DNA of 64,000 nucleotides from Leptogorgia sarmentosa (taxonomy: Eukaryota), in assembly GCA_964658305.1 (NCBI GenBank), contig OZ210885.1, positions 4,340,001 through 4,404,000 on the forward strand. Direction: 5' to 3'. The first letter of the stretch is position 1, and each line of letters begins with the position of its first letter. The translations under genes and the position numbers were made by a program. The notes beneath the pieces are model-generated. The model searched no databases, was not told where the DNA came from, and saw only the letters and a program-made list of their open reading frames with translations. This document shows, piece by piece, positions 22,253 through 35,455 of this stretch.

Positions 22253-25200
22253 TGTTAAGTTATTGATCAACGTAAGCTTTTATTTCTTTTTCATAAGAAC
22301 AACCTAGTACAACAACAACAATAACGATAACTCCCGGGGAGTCCCTGTCTAGATTAAGGGTCACTCTGTCCCAGTCTCTCAGCGCACCCCGTTACAAATA
22401 TGAAAAGAAGAAGCACCCAAATGCACAGAGACGCATGAGTAAAGTTCGAACTGATAACTTAGATGATTTTATCAGAAAAGCTGCAAACGAAATGGGTGAT
22501 GTATTGCTTCTCGCTAAGCTCTCCGAAGGTAATTTATTTGCAAGGGATGCTTGCTATCATCTCCAATGTATGATGGGTTTTAGAAACAGATACAGGGCAT
22601 TCCTAGCATCGCAAGACAAAGAAAGTACTACAATGAAGGACCACGAGAATTCTGCCCTTGCTGAAACAATGATGCATATTGAAGAACGTCTTTCCAAAAG
22701 TACGAACACTGGAATAGCGGCATCAATCAAGTTATCAGACATCAGGAAATTTTACGATACAAGTTTAAGCAGGTTGGTTGGAACAGAAACGAGTGTCAAT
22801 GTTACAAGACTGAAAGATAAGATTCTCGACATGGACAGTTGCCTACAAGCTGTGCCAGACAAGAAGGAAGTATATATTTCGTACAAAGAGGATATGGTAG
22901 CTGCTTTAAAATATGCTAGTTGGTCTGAAGCTGACTATGTTATGAGTGTTTGTAACCTTGCCAGAAAAATTAAAGCCGAGTTAGCGGACAAAAAACAAGC
23001 ATTTAATGGCCACTTCGGAGAAAAATGTCAGGAACAGTCAGTGTCTCCCACATTTTTGTCGCTCATGTATATGTTGACCGGAATTGATGACACATGTCAT
23101 TGTGATGCAGATTCTTCCAAGTTTCCCGCCGCCTTGGTACTAGCTCAGCTACTCGCTTTTAACTCCGCGGAAAGAAGGTCAGCAACTGACGATTATCGCT
23201 ATCGTGCTGATCGTGAAACGCCAGTAGCCATTTATATAGCATTTCTTATTCACTCCAAAACAAGAAGCAAGGATTTGGTAGATCGACTTCACTCACTGGG
23301 GATATGTATCTCGTATGACCGCTTGTCAACGTTGTCCACCCAACTGGGGAACAGTGTCATCAAACAGTTTGAAAACGATGAATTAATATGTCCTATCAAG
23401 TTGAGAAAAAATCTCTTCACAACACATGCTGTAGACAACATCGACCATAATCCAAGTTCCCGAACAGCACAAGATTCATGGCACGGAACTGCCATATCGG
23501 CTTCGCAGCATCTGAAAGGCAAAGATGATGGATGTGTTAGGCCGGCCCTCGATTTTCAGAATGAAAAAATAAAGTCAAAGAAATTGAAACAGCTCCCTGC
23601 CGAATACACCTGTGTTTCGCCTTATGTGTTGAAGAACAAAGACGTAGTCATGCCTGGTAGAAATGGGGCAAGGAAAGAGGTTGTGTACTGTTTCCTTTTT
23701 TTTTCTTTAAAACTATATCATATACTACATAATACATATACTTACATTGATATGAACTTTTTGTTCATTAGTGGACAGTCAGATGGCCCACAATTGATTT
23801 TACTACTGCTGATGAACCATGGATGAAGAACGTGTTTCACTCGATATTGAACAACCATTGCAACCTCACAACTGACGAACGAAACCTGACTTGGTACGTT
23901 TAATAATAGATACCATAACTACAATTCATCCATATTGTTTACCATCTCAACATGTCTATCTATATGATATTGTAATCTATAGGTCTGCCTACCATTCGTC
24001 TATGATGGAGAACATACTACCAGCAAGGACAATAACTGCACTTCTACCGCTGTTTCGTGAACACGCCAACACCCCAGCGATGATTCATCATGCAATGCTA
24101 CTTATAAAAAAACAAACAATGTTTTTGAACCCAGGTAAATACCCTACGCGGTCTCATACAGTGGACGTTTATTTTATGGTGCAAATAATTAACATAGGCT
24201 CACTGGTACGGTCACGTGATCATAACACGGAATACTTATCGATCTCAAAAATGGACATTTTATTATTTTCCAGGTCAAACTCCCAATATGACAGTTGACC
24301 AACCGCTGTATGCTTTAGCGAAACAAATTCAGTGGAAGAAGTCGGGAGACATTGACGATAAGCATTTCCTGGTCATGATGGGTGATCTACACATAGAGAT
24401 GACATTCATGAAATGCTTAGGTTGGGAATTAGAAAAATGGTCATGAATAATTAACTGTTTCACTGTATCCTGCGTTTATATAATAATTTCTTAATTACAG
24501 GTGATTGGCTGGATGGAAGTGGCTGGGTTCATTTGCTGGTGTTGTCGAATGTTGCCACGCCAGGGAAGGCCAATGCTATGCTTAGTGCCTCGTCCAACAT
24601 TGCGTTTTGCCGTTATGTCCACCAAGTTACAGCCTGCGTCTTGTACCAAAGCAAGAAAGATGCCTATAATTCCTACTGTGACAACACAGAAAATCCGCTT
24701 CCCGAGATTGAGTGGTTGAAAGAAAGCTGTAAACACCCAATGTTAAAATTCTGGTCTATCACATTAAAGATGGAGCTGATCTTGCTGCAGTTCGTCAAAG
24801 CCATACGATCGGCAAATTTCAGCATGTACATAGATGCTTTGCAGTTGATTGCGCCATGGATGTTTAGCCTCAATCATTATAACTACGCCCGATGGTTACC
24901 GGTGCATATAGACAGTATGGTTACACTTCAAGATATCCACCCAGATGTTTACGAACAGTTTAAAGAAGGTTCATTCACAGCGCAAAAGTCGAACAGGAAG
25001 TTCTCACACATAGGATTGGACCACAACCATGAGCAACTTAACGCGGAGATAAAAGGAGTTGGAGGAGCTATCGGACTTACCGAAAACGACGCATCTCTTG
25101 CAAAGTGGCTCATCGCTGGTCCCGAAGTCTCTCGCATGGTAGAGGAGTTTGAAAACAGAGACAGATTGCACGAGTTCGATTCAATTCTAGAGCACCATGA

Positions 25201-28200
25201 TTCCAACCCATCTGCACAGAAGCATTTCGTTGCTGACGTCAAGAAGATGTACAATGCGCTAGATGAACTGGGAAATCCATTCCTTGATGACAGTGCAGAC
25301 CTTTACGCGTTGGACACAAAGCTAGTCCCAGGAGAAGAGGCCATTAAACACCTAAATGCTGTGGAAGCTCTCGGACAAGAGCAATTCAAATCCTATATGG
25401 ACACTCGTGTGTTGAACAATGATAGCCCAATTTCAGATGCCATCGTCAGAAACAAGATGCAGATTTTTAAATGCCCCAAAGCAAGGAAGACGTCAAAGAA
25501 AGACACGCAGCTGAAGGCCGCCAGAAGTGACGCTGCTTTATTTTCAAGATTGTTCATTGCCTGCCAAAACAGAAATGGAGACCTCGAACAATTTTTCTCT
25601 CACGAGAACCAAGGAGCACCCCCTAGCCTATCAGAAAATGGGAATTTGAGACCAGCAAAAAATAAATCAGGTTCGCATTTCGGCACTTTCTGCAATGATA
25701 CCGTGACGACTCATACATTATTAAATACGTTTAAAATAATAGGATTTAATTTCTATTCTTCGTTTCCTTTTCTTTAAGGTGTAATGGATGTGGTGTTGGC
25801 TGTCGAGCACACAGAAATTAATGAAGCTCCACCAGTAGATGCCAAAGTACTTGACGGACCAGCGATTGTAAATATGCTAAAGCCAAATGACTCAAAGACG
25901 TTCAACGACTATGTGTCAACTGTCATCCAGCCCTATATAGAGCATCATCTAAGATCAGCTAAGCGACTCGACATCGTTTTTGATAGGTACTTTAAAGATA
26001 GTTTAAAGTCGTGTACACGATCAAACCGAGGCGACGGGGTTAGAAGGCTCGTGAAAGCGAACGGTAGTATGCCAAACAATTGGTCGACGTTCCTTAGATG
26101 CGATGAAAACAAAACGGAACTGTTTCCATTCATTGTTAAGGCACTGATTGAGAACCTTGATACAAATGAACTGTTCGTGGGTTCTCTAGACGACGGAGCA
26201 GTGGCAAATCAGGATGTTGATCTGGAATCGTTGATGCCGTGCAACATAGAAGAAGCAGATGAGCGTATGTTCGTACATGTCCAACATGCTGCTGAATTGT
26301 ATCCACGTGTCCTGATCAAGACTGTTGACAGTGATGTCGTCGTTATTGCGATCGGAGCTTTCAACAGAATCAACAACCTCCTGGAACTATGGATCGAGTT
26401 TGGAGTGGGTAAGCATTTAAAGTACATTCCAATTCACGAGATAGCCAATTCGCTCGGACCCCAGACCTCAACGGCGTTCTTGTTTTTCCACGCATTCAGT
26501 GGTTGCGATACCACATCATCATTTAAAGGAAAAGGCAAGAAATCGTTTCACGGAACATGGAAAGCAATGCCCAACGTGACGCCAGTGTTCGAACGAGTAA
26601 CAACGTCGGAAGGTGATGTGTGTGAAGATGATCAAAATCTATTAGAACAGTTTGCTGTTTCTCTCTATTCCAGCACATTTGACGGCGACAAAGTGAACGA
26701 CGCAAGGCGGTACCTTTTCACAGCCAAGGCAAAAACAATCGAAAACATACCACCAACGGCTGGTGCATTACACGAACACGTCAAGCGATCTACACTGCAA
26801 GCACGGAAATGGTTCCACTGCCTGGAAGCCACCAGAGTCGCACTGGACCCAGAACATTGGGGGTGGATGAAGGACGGCAATGCCTTTTTTCCAGTTTGGA
26901 GCCTTAAGCCTGATGTATCGCAAGTATCGGAGGCACTTATTCGATGTGGGTGCACGCACTGCGTCGGTGGTAGATGCAAATGCAAAAGGAGCGGGTTGGA
27001 TTGCACGGAACTGTGTGAATGCCAAGCGACATGCAGTTAGATGCATGTAGCATTTGTAACAAAATTCAAAATGGCGGATACGGCTTTCATTTTGTCTGTC
27101 GGTATAAATATAATTATATGGTATTCCAAAAGGCAAACAAACGATTTTAGCATGGGAAAGCATTTCTTACATACCAAGATATGTTAAAGGATTGTTTTTT
27201 TTTTCAAATTAGGTTATTATTTCACATATTAGTGTGAAATACAAGTATGATTTGAACTTTTATTAATCGCATCAAGATTATACATGTGTTATTTATGTAT
27301 TATTTGATGTATCTTGGCATTTTTCTTTACTTAGCGAGGATGTAAAATATAAAGGCTAAGTAAAAACCGTGTTTGGGACCAGTATGGATTTATTTTGACT
27401 TCGGAATACTGCATTTTCGTAATAGAGCCGAAAATTGCCAAAGCCGTCACTTTGGGGGCCAAAATGGACACTTTCCCCTGCTCAAATTTTGGGCAACCCC
27501 TCCATTCCTTATTCGCCATGCCCTAATGAGTATCTGTGCCAAGTTTCAGATTGTGTTCACAATTTGAAGGATTTGCCTGAAATTTTTGTCTTAGCAGCCC
27601 TACTATTGCTAGCTTAGCGCTTTGTTGCTCAATTTTAAACCTGTTCTTGGTTATAAGCCCATGTTACGAGTCATGAAATTTGCAAAAGATCCGAGAGGTT
27701 TCCAATTTATGCTTCCGTTCAAATTTATCCAACATTTCCTCAGGCACCAATGCCATCTGTTTTGCCTTTTTCATTATACCAGCAATTTCCCAAGCACGGC
27801 ATTGGCGTGGCATTAAAGGGTTGGCCCCTTTAATGAAATTAATGGCGTGGCATTAGAGGGATGACCCCTTTATGCAAATTGAGCGAGCACTCGCAAATAG
27901 CTAAAAGAACTTCGGGAGGTGCATGCTCAAGAAGCATCTTATGCAGTTTTGATTTACACACTGCCATAATTTGCAAATAGAGAAGACTTTTTCTCATGCG
28001 CTTCGACATCTTGATAATAAATTAGTTTGATCTAAATATGTTTCACGTAAGCAAATTGTTGTTCCCCGGGTAAAATGTGGGTTCTCAAACGTATACTTTC
28101 GGGAGTTAACTGATGACAGTCAATTAGTAAATAGCCATAGGGTTTACTTGTTGCGTCATGAAACGCTTCCAAAAGATCGTGGGCATGTTAAGGAAACATT

Positions 28201-29362
28201 TGCTGTGTGATAATGCCTGTATCTATCATATAATATCATTATGTAATGATAGCAAAAATGTTTGTCATGGCCTCAGAAATATAATACTAGATTTTTAAAA
28301 TTTTCAGTGAAAAAGTCAAGTGGGCGTGGTCAATATGGTGTCTGACCCCACGCCCCTGTTGAAGTAAAAAAAATCCAACCCCCTCACTTTGTTCGCCTTT
28401 GTTCGTAGATGTTTCTTATACCCATTCCATGCCCCCATCTCTAAAGCACATGGAGATATCTAGGGTTTTGTGTGCATTTTTGACCATGTTTGATCTCGCG
28501 TAGCCACCTTAATATAACTTTATACGCTACCGCACCTACACAGAGAAATATCCAGAACTTATAGCTTAATGTGTCTAAGAATGAAAGTCATACCTAAAAA
28601 CGTTGCGATATATGCTAAACAATTTCGAAAAAACCCCACATCATTCCTTATAGTGTCGCATCTTGAATGCCCTCTTTGTACGTAAAAAAAAATGTCACTC
28701 TGACAAGATAGGGAAATTGAAATATGTTCGAGGTATGGGGAGCGGTCAAGGGCAAACAAAATCTCACTGATTGTACAAGTTATCGTTACATGTAAAAATC
28801 AAATACATGTGGAATTTCATTTTCACAGCTGTATCAACTAAGACTACAGGCTCAATTGTGGAATTTGAAATCCCAATAAACTCATGGCATGTTCTTAATA
28901 CGTCAACACCTCAGAAACTTTTAACATAAATTATCACAAATCTGTCATCTCTAATTACGGTTTTAATGACATGGTTGAAAATTTTATATAAATATCCAAT
29001 TTAGAAAATTTCTGATCCATAGTATCTGATTTGAGGTACAAACTAAGAGATATACTATATACAAAGCCAAGAATTGGAGCTCGGAATTGAGCTGTGTCTA
29101 TGTGCAATGGGGGAAGTAGTCCTGCCTGGAAATCAGCAATTGTGCAGCCTTCATTCATATCAAAATATGCATTGCCCATTTCTCGACATTAGGATGGCAG
29201 TAGTGCAGTGATGTAAGCACACAAAGAACTCTCATTGTTGATGGTTGCTTCATTTGTCTATTGTTTACTAAAAATATAAAATACAATACAATAGAATAAA
29301 TACAATGGACAAAAATTTGGAAATTTATTTTAACGTTTCGTCCAAGAACAACTAATAACATT

Positions 29363-29705
29363 ATTTATTATATGGCAAGTGTTTTTGAGCGGTCCGTCTG
29401 CTAAACTGCAGCATTCTGATTGGTTCCTGAGCAGTCGGTAACCTGCAGTATGGACCGGTCGCGTTTAGCGACGTCAGTTGTTTATTGAATCAAGCGGCAA
29501 CGAAGACGAAAGAAGTTAAAAACATGTTTGAACATTGTGTTCTTTTTTTGTTTCAACATTCTGTTCTTTTTTTGGTAGCCAATAACATTTTAGAGAACAA
29601 CTTTTAGCAAACTTCTTCAGCTGTTCATTTATTAATTAGCTGTTTACCGGCTTTGTGTTGAATTGTTGTAAACAAGTTTTGTTTATCTTTTGCCATATAA
29701 TAAAT
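29363..29705. mobile_element. Non-autonomous element with 16-bp inverted repeats, Crypton-like (duplicated at 33161-33503)
   Basis: ATTTATTATATGGCAA...TTGCCATATAATAAAT. The family assignment is from memory of similar invertebrate repeats. Confidence 0.5.
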
Positions 29706-29804
29706 AGCTTATTGACTGAGTTTGTTTGATCCGTACTAGAGGATACTGCACGGTCTCATTCTTTTCTTGAAAATTAATGAATTATTTTTCACTATATTTC
29801 AAAC

Positions 29805-30850
29805 AGGGAAGAGAGGAAAAAGTACTACAAGCACAAAAAAGAGTATTGCCCACCCAGAAAAATACATGAGCTTGATCGTAGATGGAATGGATCAGGGTAA
29901 AACGCATTTACCTCATTGTTCGGACATGTTCGCAATAACATATATATATGATCTTTTGCAATCACTGAACACATTTTGAACATAATGAGCACATTTTATA
30001 AGAACAAATTTTGCAACAATAAAAATCACGGTCACAAGTCTTCACAATATACACTTCATATATTTTTAGGTGAAATTGTCATACTTGATGGTAGGACATA
30101 CACCTGAGGATGTTGACCAGGTAATTTCGAATCAAAATGTAACCGACAACTTGAAACAACATGCATACGATATATTTAATAGTACAAATCTTTGTTTCAT
30201 GTTCAGATGTTTATTAGGATATCGGCTATGTTGGGAAAACGGTCCGGACATACAGTTCGGTCACTTCACGAGGCAATCCATGCATCTTTTACGCCGGAGC
30301 CCATTTCTGCGGACCTTTCGCATGTATGGGATGTGAAATCCTGGTTGAAAGAGTATATTTCGGCGCTGCTGAATCATTCCTGCCACCATTCATTCCTCTT
30401 TCAGAAAGGAAAGGGTAAGGATGTTGAGAAGATTCAAATGCTCTACCGAAACTGGTCGAAATCGAAGAGTAAGGAATGGCTACCAACTGACTCAGATGGA
30501 ATCTGTATGCTTGATGTTGTACCAAAGGGTGCCCCATCAATTCTGCGTCCGGAGTACACCAAGTGCCCTAGCATTAGCGATCTGAGGAATGGACTACAGC
30601 AGTTCAGCTCTAGACTTTCCGTTGATGATTCGATTGGTGATTGAATTTCATTGAGACAGAACACAATGAACGCCTATCCTGGCAACAATGCACGGACGAC
30701 GAACTTGAAGCGGTTGGAAAGGCATCCTTCTGTTTGCAAGATCTAGCATTCAGAGAGATAAGCTATGATACGGAAATCACTGATGAAGCAACTGAGAAGA
30801 GAACTGGTGAGCTGGAGAGGTTGTTAGATAAAAACAACACCTTTCAAAAA
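29805..30850 (+). pseudogene. Spliced Sola1-like / DUF7869-type DDE transposase remnant, copy 1
   Basis: SLIVDGMDQ.KT.LPH, then LSYLMVGHTPEDVDQ|MF across a short intron, and VWDVKSWL. The central D region appears deleted and there is a frameshift near 30630. Confidence 0.6.
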
Positions 30851-31240
30851 GTAAGTGCTTTTGTTACAAATGTATCTATCCATCCTATCAGCTGTTTTAC
30901 ACATTGGGCCATCTATGCACATTTTGAAAACACACAAATATCTTGTAAACTAACTACAATAATAAAATAAAAACCACAGCAATTTGAACACGGATATTTC
31001 TACTCTACTAACTTAGCTAAATTGAATACGAGCTCAGTTTTTCTACAAACAATAAATATATAAGTTTTTACAAGAATAAAAAGTTTCAAAAACGTCGCCT
31101 AAAAAAACAAAACAGTCGAACCCATAATTTTCGACCGTTGATCTAATTATAGAACACAATTTAAACTTTTAATAAAACGATGTGCGTTTTTATTGGTTAA
31201 AATTCACAACCGTCAGTCTATATTAATTCTATTGTGAATC

Positions 31241-31657
31241 ATGGCTGCCAATGCGACAGACTTGTTGGAGAGCCGTTCACAGTTTTCACTAAAGCGTGTG
31301 AATGCAGAATATGTTTCAGTCCATTTGTACGCAATCAAGGAGCTACTGAATCATGCAGAAGCCAGGTCCAGCCGCTTGGACGTCCGGTCGTGGATCGAGT
31401 TCATCCACGAGCTTGCTGGGTCCTGGCAGCCAGACGACAACATGGCATACTGCGTCGTCGAGAAGGACGACCTCGACGAGAAGCCGCTCGCTATCACCAT
31501 CGCCAACAAGAGGGATTACCGCCATCAGGTCGGCAGAGTGAAGGAGCTGGATGGGGCGCGGTCGCATCAGTGCCTGGACCTAGGGGAGCAGTGGTGTGTG
31601 GAGTATGTGGTGAGGTCCAGGCTCGTAACTTCTATCTTGCATACACTCGGTATATAA
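31241..31657 (+). CDS. Orphan 138-aa ORF, function unknown, copy 1
   Basis: ATG follows a very AT-rich upstream region. The core is GC-rich with strong G/C third-position bias. No motif recognised. Confidence 0.4.
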   Translation: MAANATDLLESRSQFSLKRVNAEYVSVHLYAIKELLNHAEARSSRLDVRSWIEFIHELAGSWQPDDNMAYCVVEKDDLDEKPLAITIANKRDYRHQVGRVKELDGARSHQCLDLGEQWCVEYVVRSRLVTSILHTLGI

Positions 31658-33080
31658 TTATATAACATGTTGCAACTTGCAGCAGGCAGGCTTCTATCTA
31701 AGAGTAACTTGAGTGTTATATAACTCATGATTACGGTGCTGCGAGCCACACATACACTAACAAACACACACGCACACACACCCCCCAAGCAACAGTTGCG
31801 TGCCATGTTGCATGGACAGTCACGTGAAACGAGCGCCGTACACAGGGAAATGTTTTCCCTCAATACCACCATCTTTTCTCCTTTCAAGCTAGCTTCATGG
31901 CCAATTCAACCATTCACCATGAACGAACGAAAAGGTAAACGAACGTTTAAAGTGACCTGCGCCATCCTGCCACACTTGGTAGTATCTTGCAGCAGGCAGG
32001 CTTCCACCATGATGTGATGCTCCTCTGGTACGTGTTCCGAATGCCTTGTCTTGCCTTGCTGAAAACCGGGTACTCCTCATGCGAAGAGAGAGTCGGCCGT
32101 GGCGAACAGTTACCCATCCCCATCATCAATGCACAGAAGGAACTACACAAGTAAATATATAAACTCAATCGTTTGATTGGTTAATTACGATCCAAGATAT
32201 GATTTATCGTGCTTATTAAGACATTTATAATTTTGAATTTTCGACCAGGCTATAATTTAATTTCGCGTGGATTTTTATTCGCGCGACGACTTTAATTTCG
32301 CGATTTTTTTCCAATTTTTTAAGTCGCGCGAAATTAAGTACGAATATTAAAGGTACTATTATTAAGGTTTTTTAAAACTCTTTTTATATGTTTCTATTCG
32401 TGTCCAATGGTAAGAATATTTTCATTCGGTGAAAGATGGAATGTTCTATTCAACGAGGCAATATTACATGAAACTGATATTAATTCTTACCATTGCGCTC
32501 ATAAACGTTCATTTATATTCGTTTGACTGTGATCAAAACAGCGTTCCCCCACACTTCCATAGTTCGCAAAACATCACTGGGTTCAACAGAATTTATTTCG
32601 CATAAAGCCCGAATCCACTGGCGACGCTAATATGCCACTGATTTCAAGCACAAAGTGTACGTTGCAGCCATGCCCTCATGAAATGTTCGAGGTTTTTAGG
32701 TCTTGCGCATGGCGCATGTTTGATTCGGAGCCAAATATAGCCGTGAAAAAAAATGTAAAGTGGCCAAAATCTAGTTAACAAAATACTAGGCTGAACCCCC
32801 AAAGGTTTCCTGAACAGGCCTATGAGATATAAACTCCCAGAGATCTCATACCTTGCATTAGCTACTACAAAGCACTCGGGGGGTATTTTCGTGTTTTCTC
32901 TGAGGGTATTTTAGTTCATTTTTAACACCTCATTCATTCGAGGAAAAGGGCGCAAATAGCAAAACTTTTCTCACAAAGCAAAGCAAGGAAAAAAATAAGC
33001 CAAATTCAAGTTATTTGTATGTAGTACATTTACTCGCGCAACAACGTTGTTATTATTATTATTTTAGATACAGCATTCGA

Positions 33081-33126
33081 ATGGAAGTGTCCTTCCCAGA
33101 ACACCGCATTGGCGATGGGGATGGTA
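33081..33126 (+). pseudogene. Truncated 5' fragment of the thermonuclease gene at the duplication junction
   Basis: Encodes MEVSFPEHRIGDGDG, identical to 36879-36924, then breaks into the start of unit 2. Confidence 0.8.
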
Positions 33127-33602
33127 TTTAACGTTTCGTCCAAGAACAACTAATAACATTATTTATTATATGGCAAGTGTTTTTGAGCGGTCCGTCTGCT
33201 AAACTGCAGCATTCTGATTGGTTCCTGAGCAGTCGGTAACCTGCAGTATGGACCGGTCGCGTTTAGCGACGTCAGTTGTTTATTGAATCAAGCGGCAACG
33301 AAGACGAAAGAAGTTAAAAACATGTTTGAACATTGTGTTCTTTTTTTGTTTCAACATTCTGTTCTTTTTTTGGTAGCCAATAACATTTTAGAGAACAACT
33401 TTTAGCAAACTTCTTCAGCTGTTCATTTATTAATTAGCTGTTTACCGGCTTTGTGTTGAATTGTTGTAAACGAGTTTTGTTTATCTTTTGCCATATAATA
33501 AATAGCTTATTGACTGAGTTTGTTTGATCCGTACTAGAGGATACTGCACGGTCTCATTCTTTTCTTGAAAATTAATGAATTATTTTTCACTATATTTCAA
33601 AC

Positions 33603-34648
33603 AGGGAAGAGAGGAAAAAGTACTACAAGCACAAAAAAGAGTATTGCCCACCCAGAAAAATACATGAGCTTGATCGTAGATGGAATGGATCAGGGTAAAA
33701 CGCATTTACCTCATTGTTCGGACATGTTCGCAATAACATATATATATGATCTTTTGCAATCACTGAACACATTTTGAACATAATGAGCACATTTTATAAG
33801 AACAGATTTTGCAACAATAAAAATCACGGTCACAAGTCTTCACAATATACACTTCATATATTTTTAGGTGAAATTGTCATACTTGATGGTAGGACATACA
33901 CCTGAGGATGTTGACCAGGTAATTTCGAATCAAAATGTAACCGACAACTTGAAACAACATGCATACGATATATTTAATAGTACAAATCTTTGTTTCATGT
34001 TCAGATGTTTATTAGGATATCGGCTATGTTGGGAAAACGGTCCGGACATACAGTTCGGTCACTTCACGAGGCAATCCATGCATCTTTTACGCCGGAGCCC
34101 ATTTCTGCGGACCTTTCGCATGTATGGGATGTGAAATCCTGGTTGAAAGAGTATATTTCGGCGCTGCTGAATCATTCCTGCCACCATTCATTCCTCTTTC
34201 AGAAAGGAAAGGGTAAGGATGTTGAGAAGATTCAAATGCTCTACCGAAACTGGTCGAAATCGAAGAGTAAGGAATGGCTACCAACTGACTCAGATGGAAT
34301 CTGTATGCTTGATGTTGTACCAAAGGGTGCCCCATCAATTCTGCGTCCGGAGTACACCAAGTGCCCTAGCATTAGCGATCTGAGGAATGGACTACAGCAG
34401 TTCAGCTCTAGACTTTCCGTTGATGATTCGATTGGTGATTGAATTTCATTGAGACAGAACACAATGAACGCCTATCCTGGCAACAATGCACGGACGACGA
34501 ACTTGAAGCGGTTGGAAAGGCATCCTTCTGTTTGCAAGATCTAGCATTCAGAGAGATAAGCTATGATACGGAAATCACTGATGAAGCAACTGAGAAGAGA
34601 ACTGGTGAGCTGGAGAGGTTGTTAGATAAAAACAACACCTTTCAAAAA
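33603..34648 (+). pseudogene. Sola1-like / DUF7869-type transposase remnant, copy 2
   Basis: Duplicate of 29805-30850. Confidence 0.6.
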
Positions 34649-35038
34649 GTAAGTGCTTTTGTTACAAATGTATCTATCCATCCTATCAGCTGTTTTACAC
34701 ATTGGGCCATCTATGCACATTTTGAAAACACACAAATATCTTGTAAACTAACTACAATAATAAAATAAAAACCACAGCAATTTGAACACGGATATTTCTA
34801 CTCTACTAACTTAGCTAAATTGAATACGAGCTCAGTTTTTCTACAAACAATAAATATATAAGTTTTTACAAGAATAAAAAGTTTCAAAAACGTCGCCTAA
34901 AAAAACAAAACAGTCGAACCCATAATTTTCGACCGTTGATCTAATTATAGAACACAATTTAAACTTTTAATAAAACGATGTGCGTTTTTATTGGTTAAAA
35001 TTCACAACCGTCAGTCTATATTAATTCTATTGTGAATC

Positions 35039-35455
35039 ATGGCTGCCAATGCGACAGACTTGTTGGAGAGCCGTTCACAGTTTTCACTAAAGCGTGTGAA
35101 TGCAGAATATGTTTCAGTCCATTTGTACGCAATCAAGGAGCTACTGAATCATGCAGAAGCCAGGTCCAGCCGCTTGGACGTCCGGTCGTGGATCGAGTTC
35201 ATCCACGAGCTTGCTGGGTCCTGGCAGCCAGACGACAACATGGCATACTGCGTCGTCGAGAAGGACGACCTCGACGAGAAGCCGCTCGCTATCACCATCG
35301 CCAACAAGAGGGATTACCGCCATCAGGTCGGCAGAGTGAAGGAGCTGGATGGGGCGCGGTCGCATCAGTGCCTGGACCTAGGGGAGCAGTGGTGTGTGGA
35401 GTATGTGGTGAGGTCCAGGCTCGTAACTTCTATCTTGCATACACTCGGTATATAA
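35039..35455 (+). CDS. Orphan 138-aa ORF, copy 2
   Basis: Translation identical to 31241-31657. Confidence 0.4.
   Translation: MAANATDLLESRSQFSLKRVNAEYVSVHLYAIKELLNHAEARSSRLDVRSWIEFIHELAGSWQPDDNMAYCVVEKDDLDEKPLAITIANKRDYRHQVGRVKELDGARSHQCLDLGEQWCVEYVVRSRLVTSILHTLGI

Larger units (their letters stand above)
17875..22396 (-). mobile_element. Full-length Ty3/Gypsy LTR retrotransposon (Mag/K02A2.6-like)
   Basis: 144-bp TG...CA LTRs at 17875-18018 and 22253-22396, identical by eye. 5-bp TSD AATAT. PBS TGGTACCAGGAGT and PPT GAAGGAGGGAGA are present. Confidence 0.97.
17446..27040 (+). pseudogene. Academ transposase fused to an XPG/FEN1-like nuclease and a Cys cluster; about 1519 aa once the Gypsy is removed
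   Basis: Segments 17446-17874 and 22402-23679, then exons 23772-23893, 23983-24134, 24274-24420, 24501-25670 and 25779-27040, join in frame through GT-AG introns. Motifs: DNIDH..HGT, TVDQPLY, LHIEM, DHNHEQ, VFDRY, EEADER, DSDV, FSGCDTTS, CGC..C..C.C. Confidence 0.88.
16477..27605 (+). mobile_element. Academ (AcademX-type) DNA transposon 1, full length, interrupted by a Gypsy element
   Basis: TIRs 16477-17011 and 27060-27605 begin TAGTAGGGCTGC. A 3-bp TSD TTG lies at 16474-76 and 27606-08. The element encodes a transposase-XPG-like protein. Confidence 0.92.

Noticed and set aside
25784..27040. Host FEN1/XPG/EXO1 gene (also 60017-62782)
   Set aside because: It splices in frame to the transposase and lies within TIRs, so it is the Academ nuclease domain.
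28320..28512. Kolobok-type end (GCGTAGCCACC|TTAA)
   Set aside because: No matching opposite terminus or ORF was found.
31957..32154. Second SNase-like C-terminus (LGSILQQAGF...ERVGRG)
   Set aside because: The similarity is too weak, there is no DxYGR motif, and stops lie immediately upstream.
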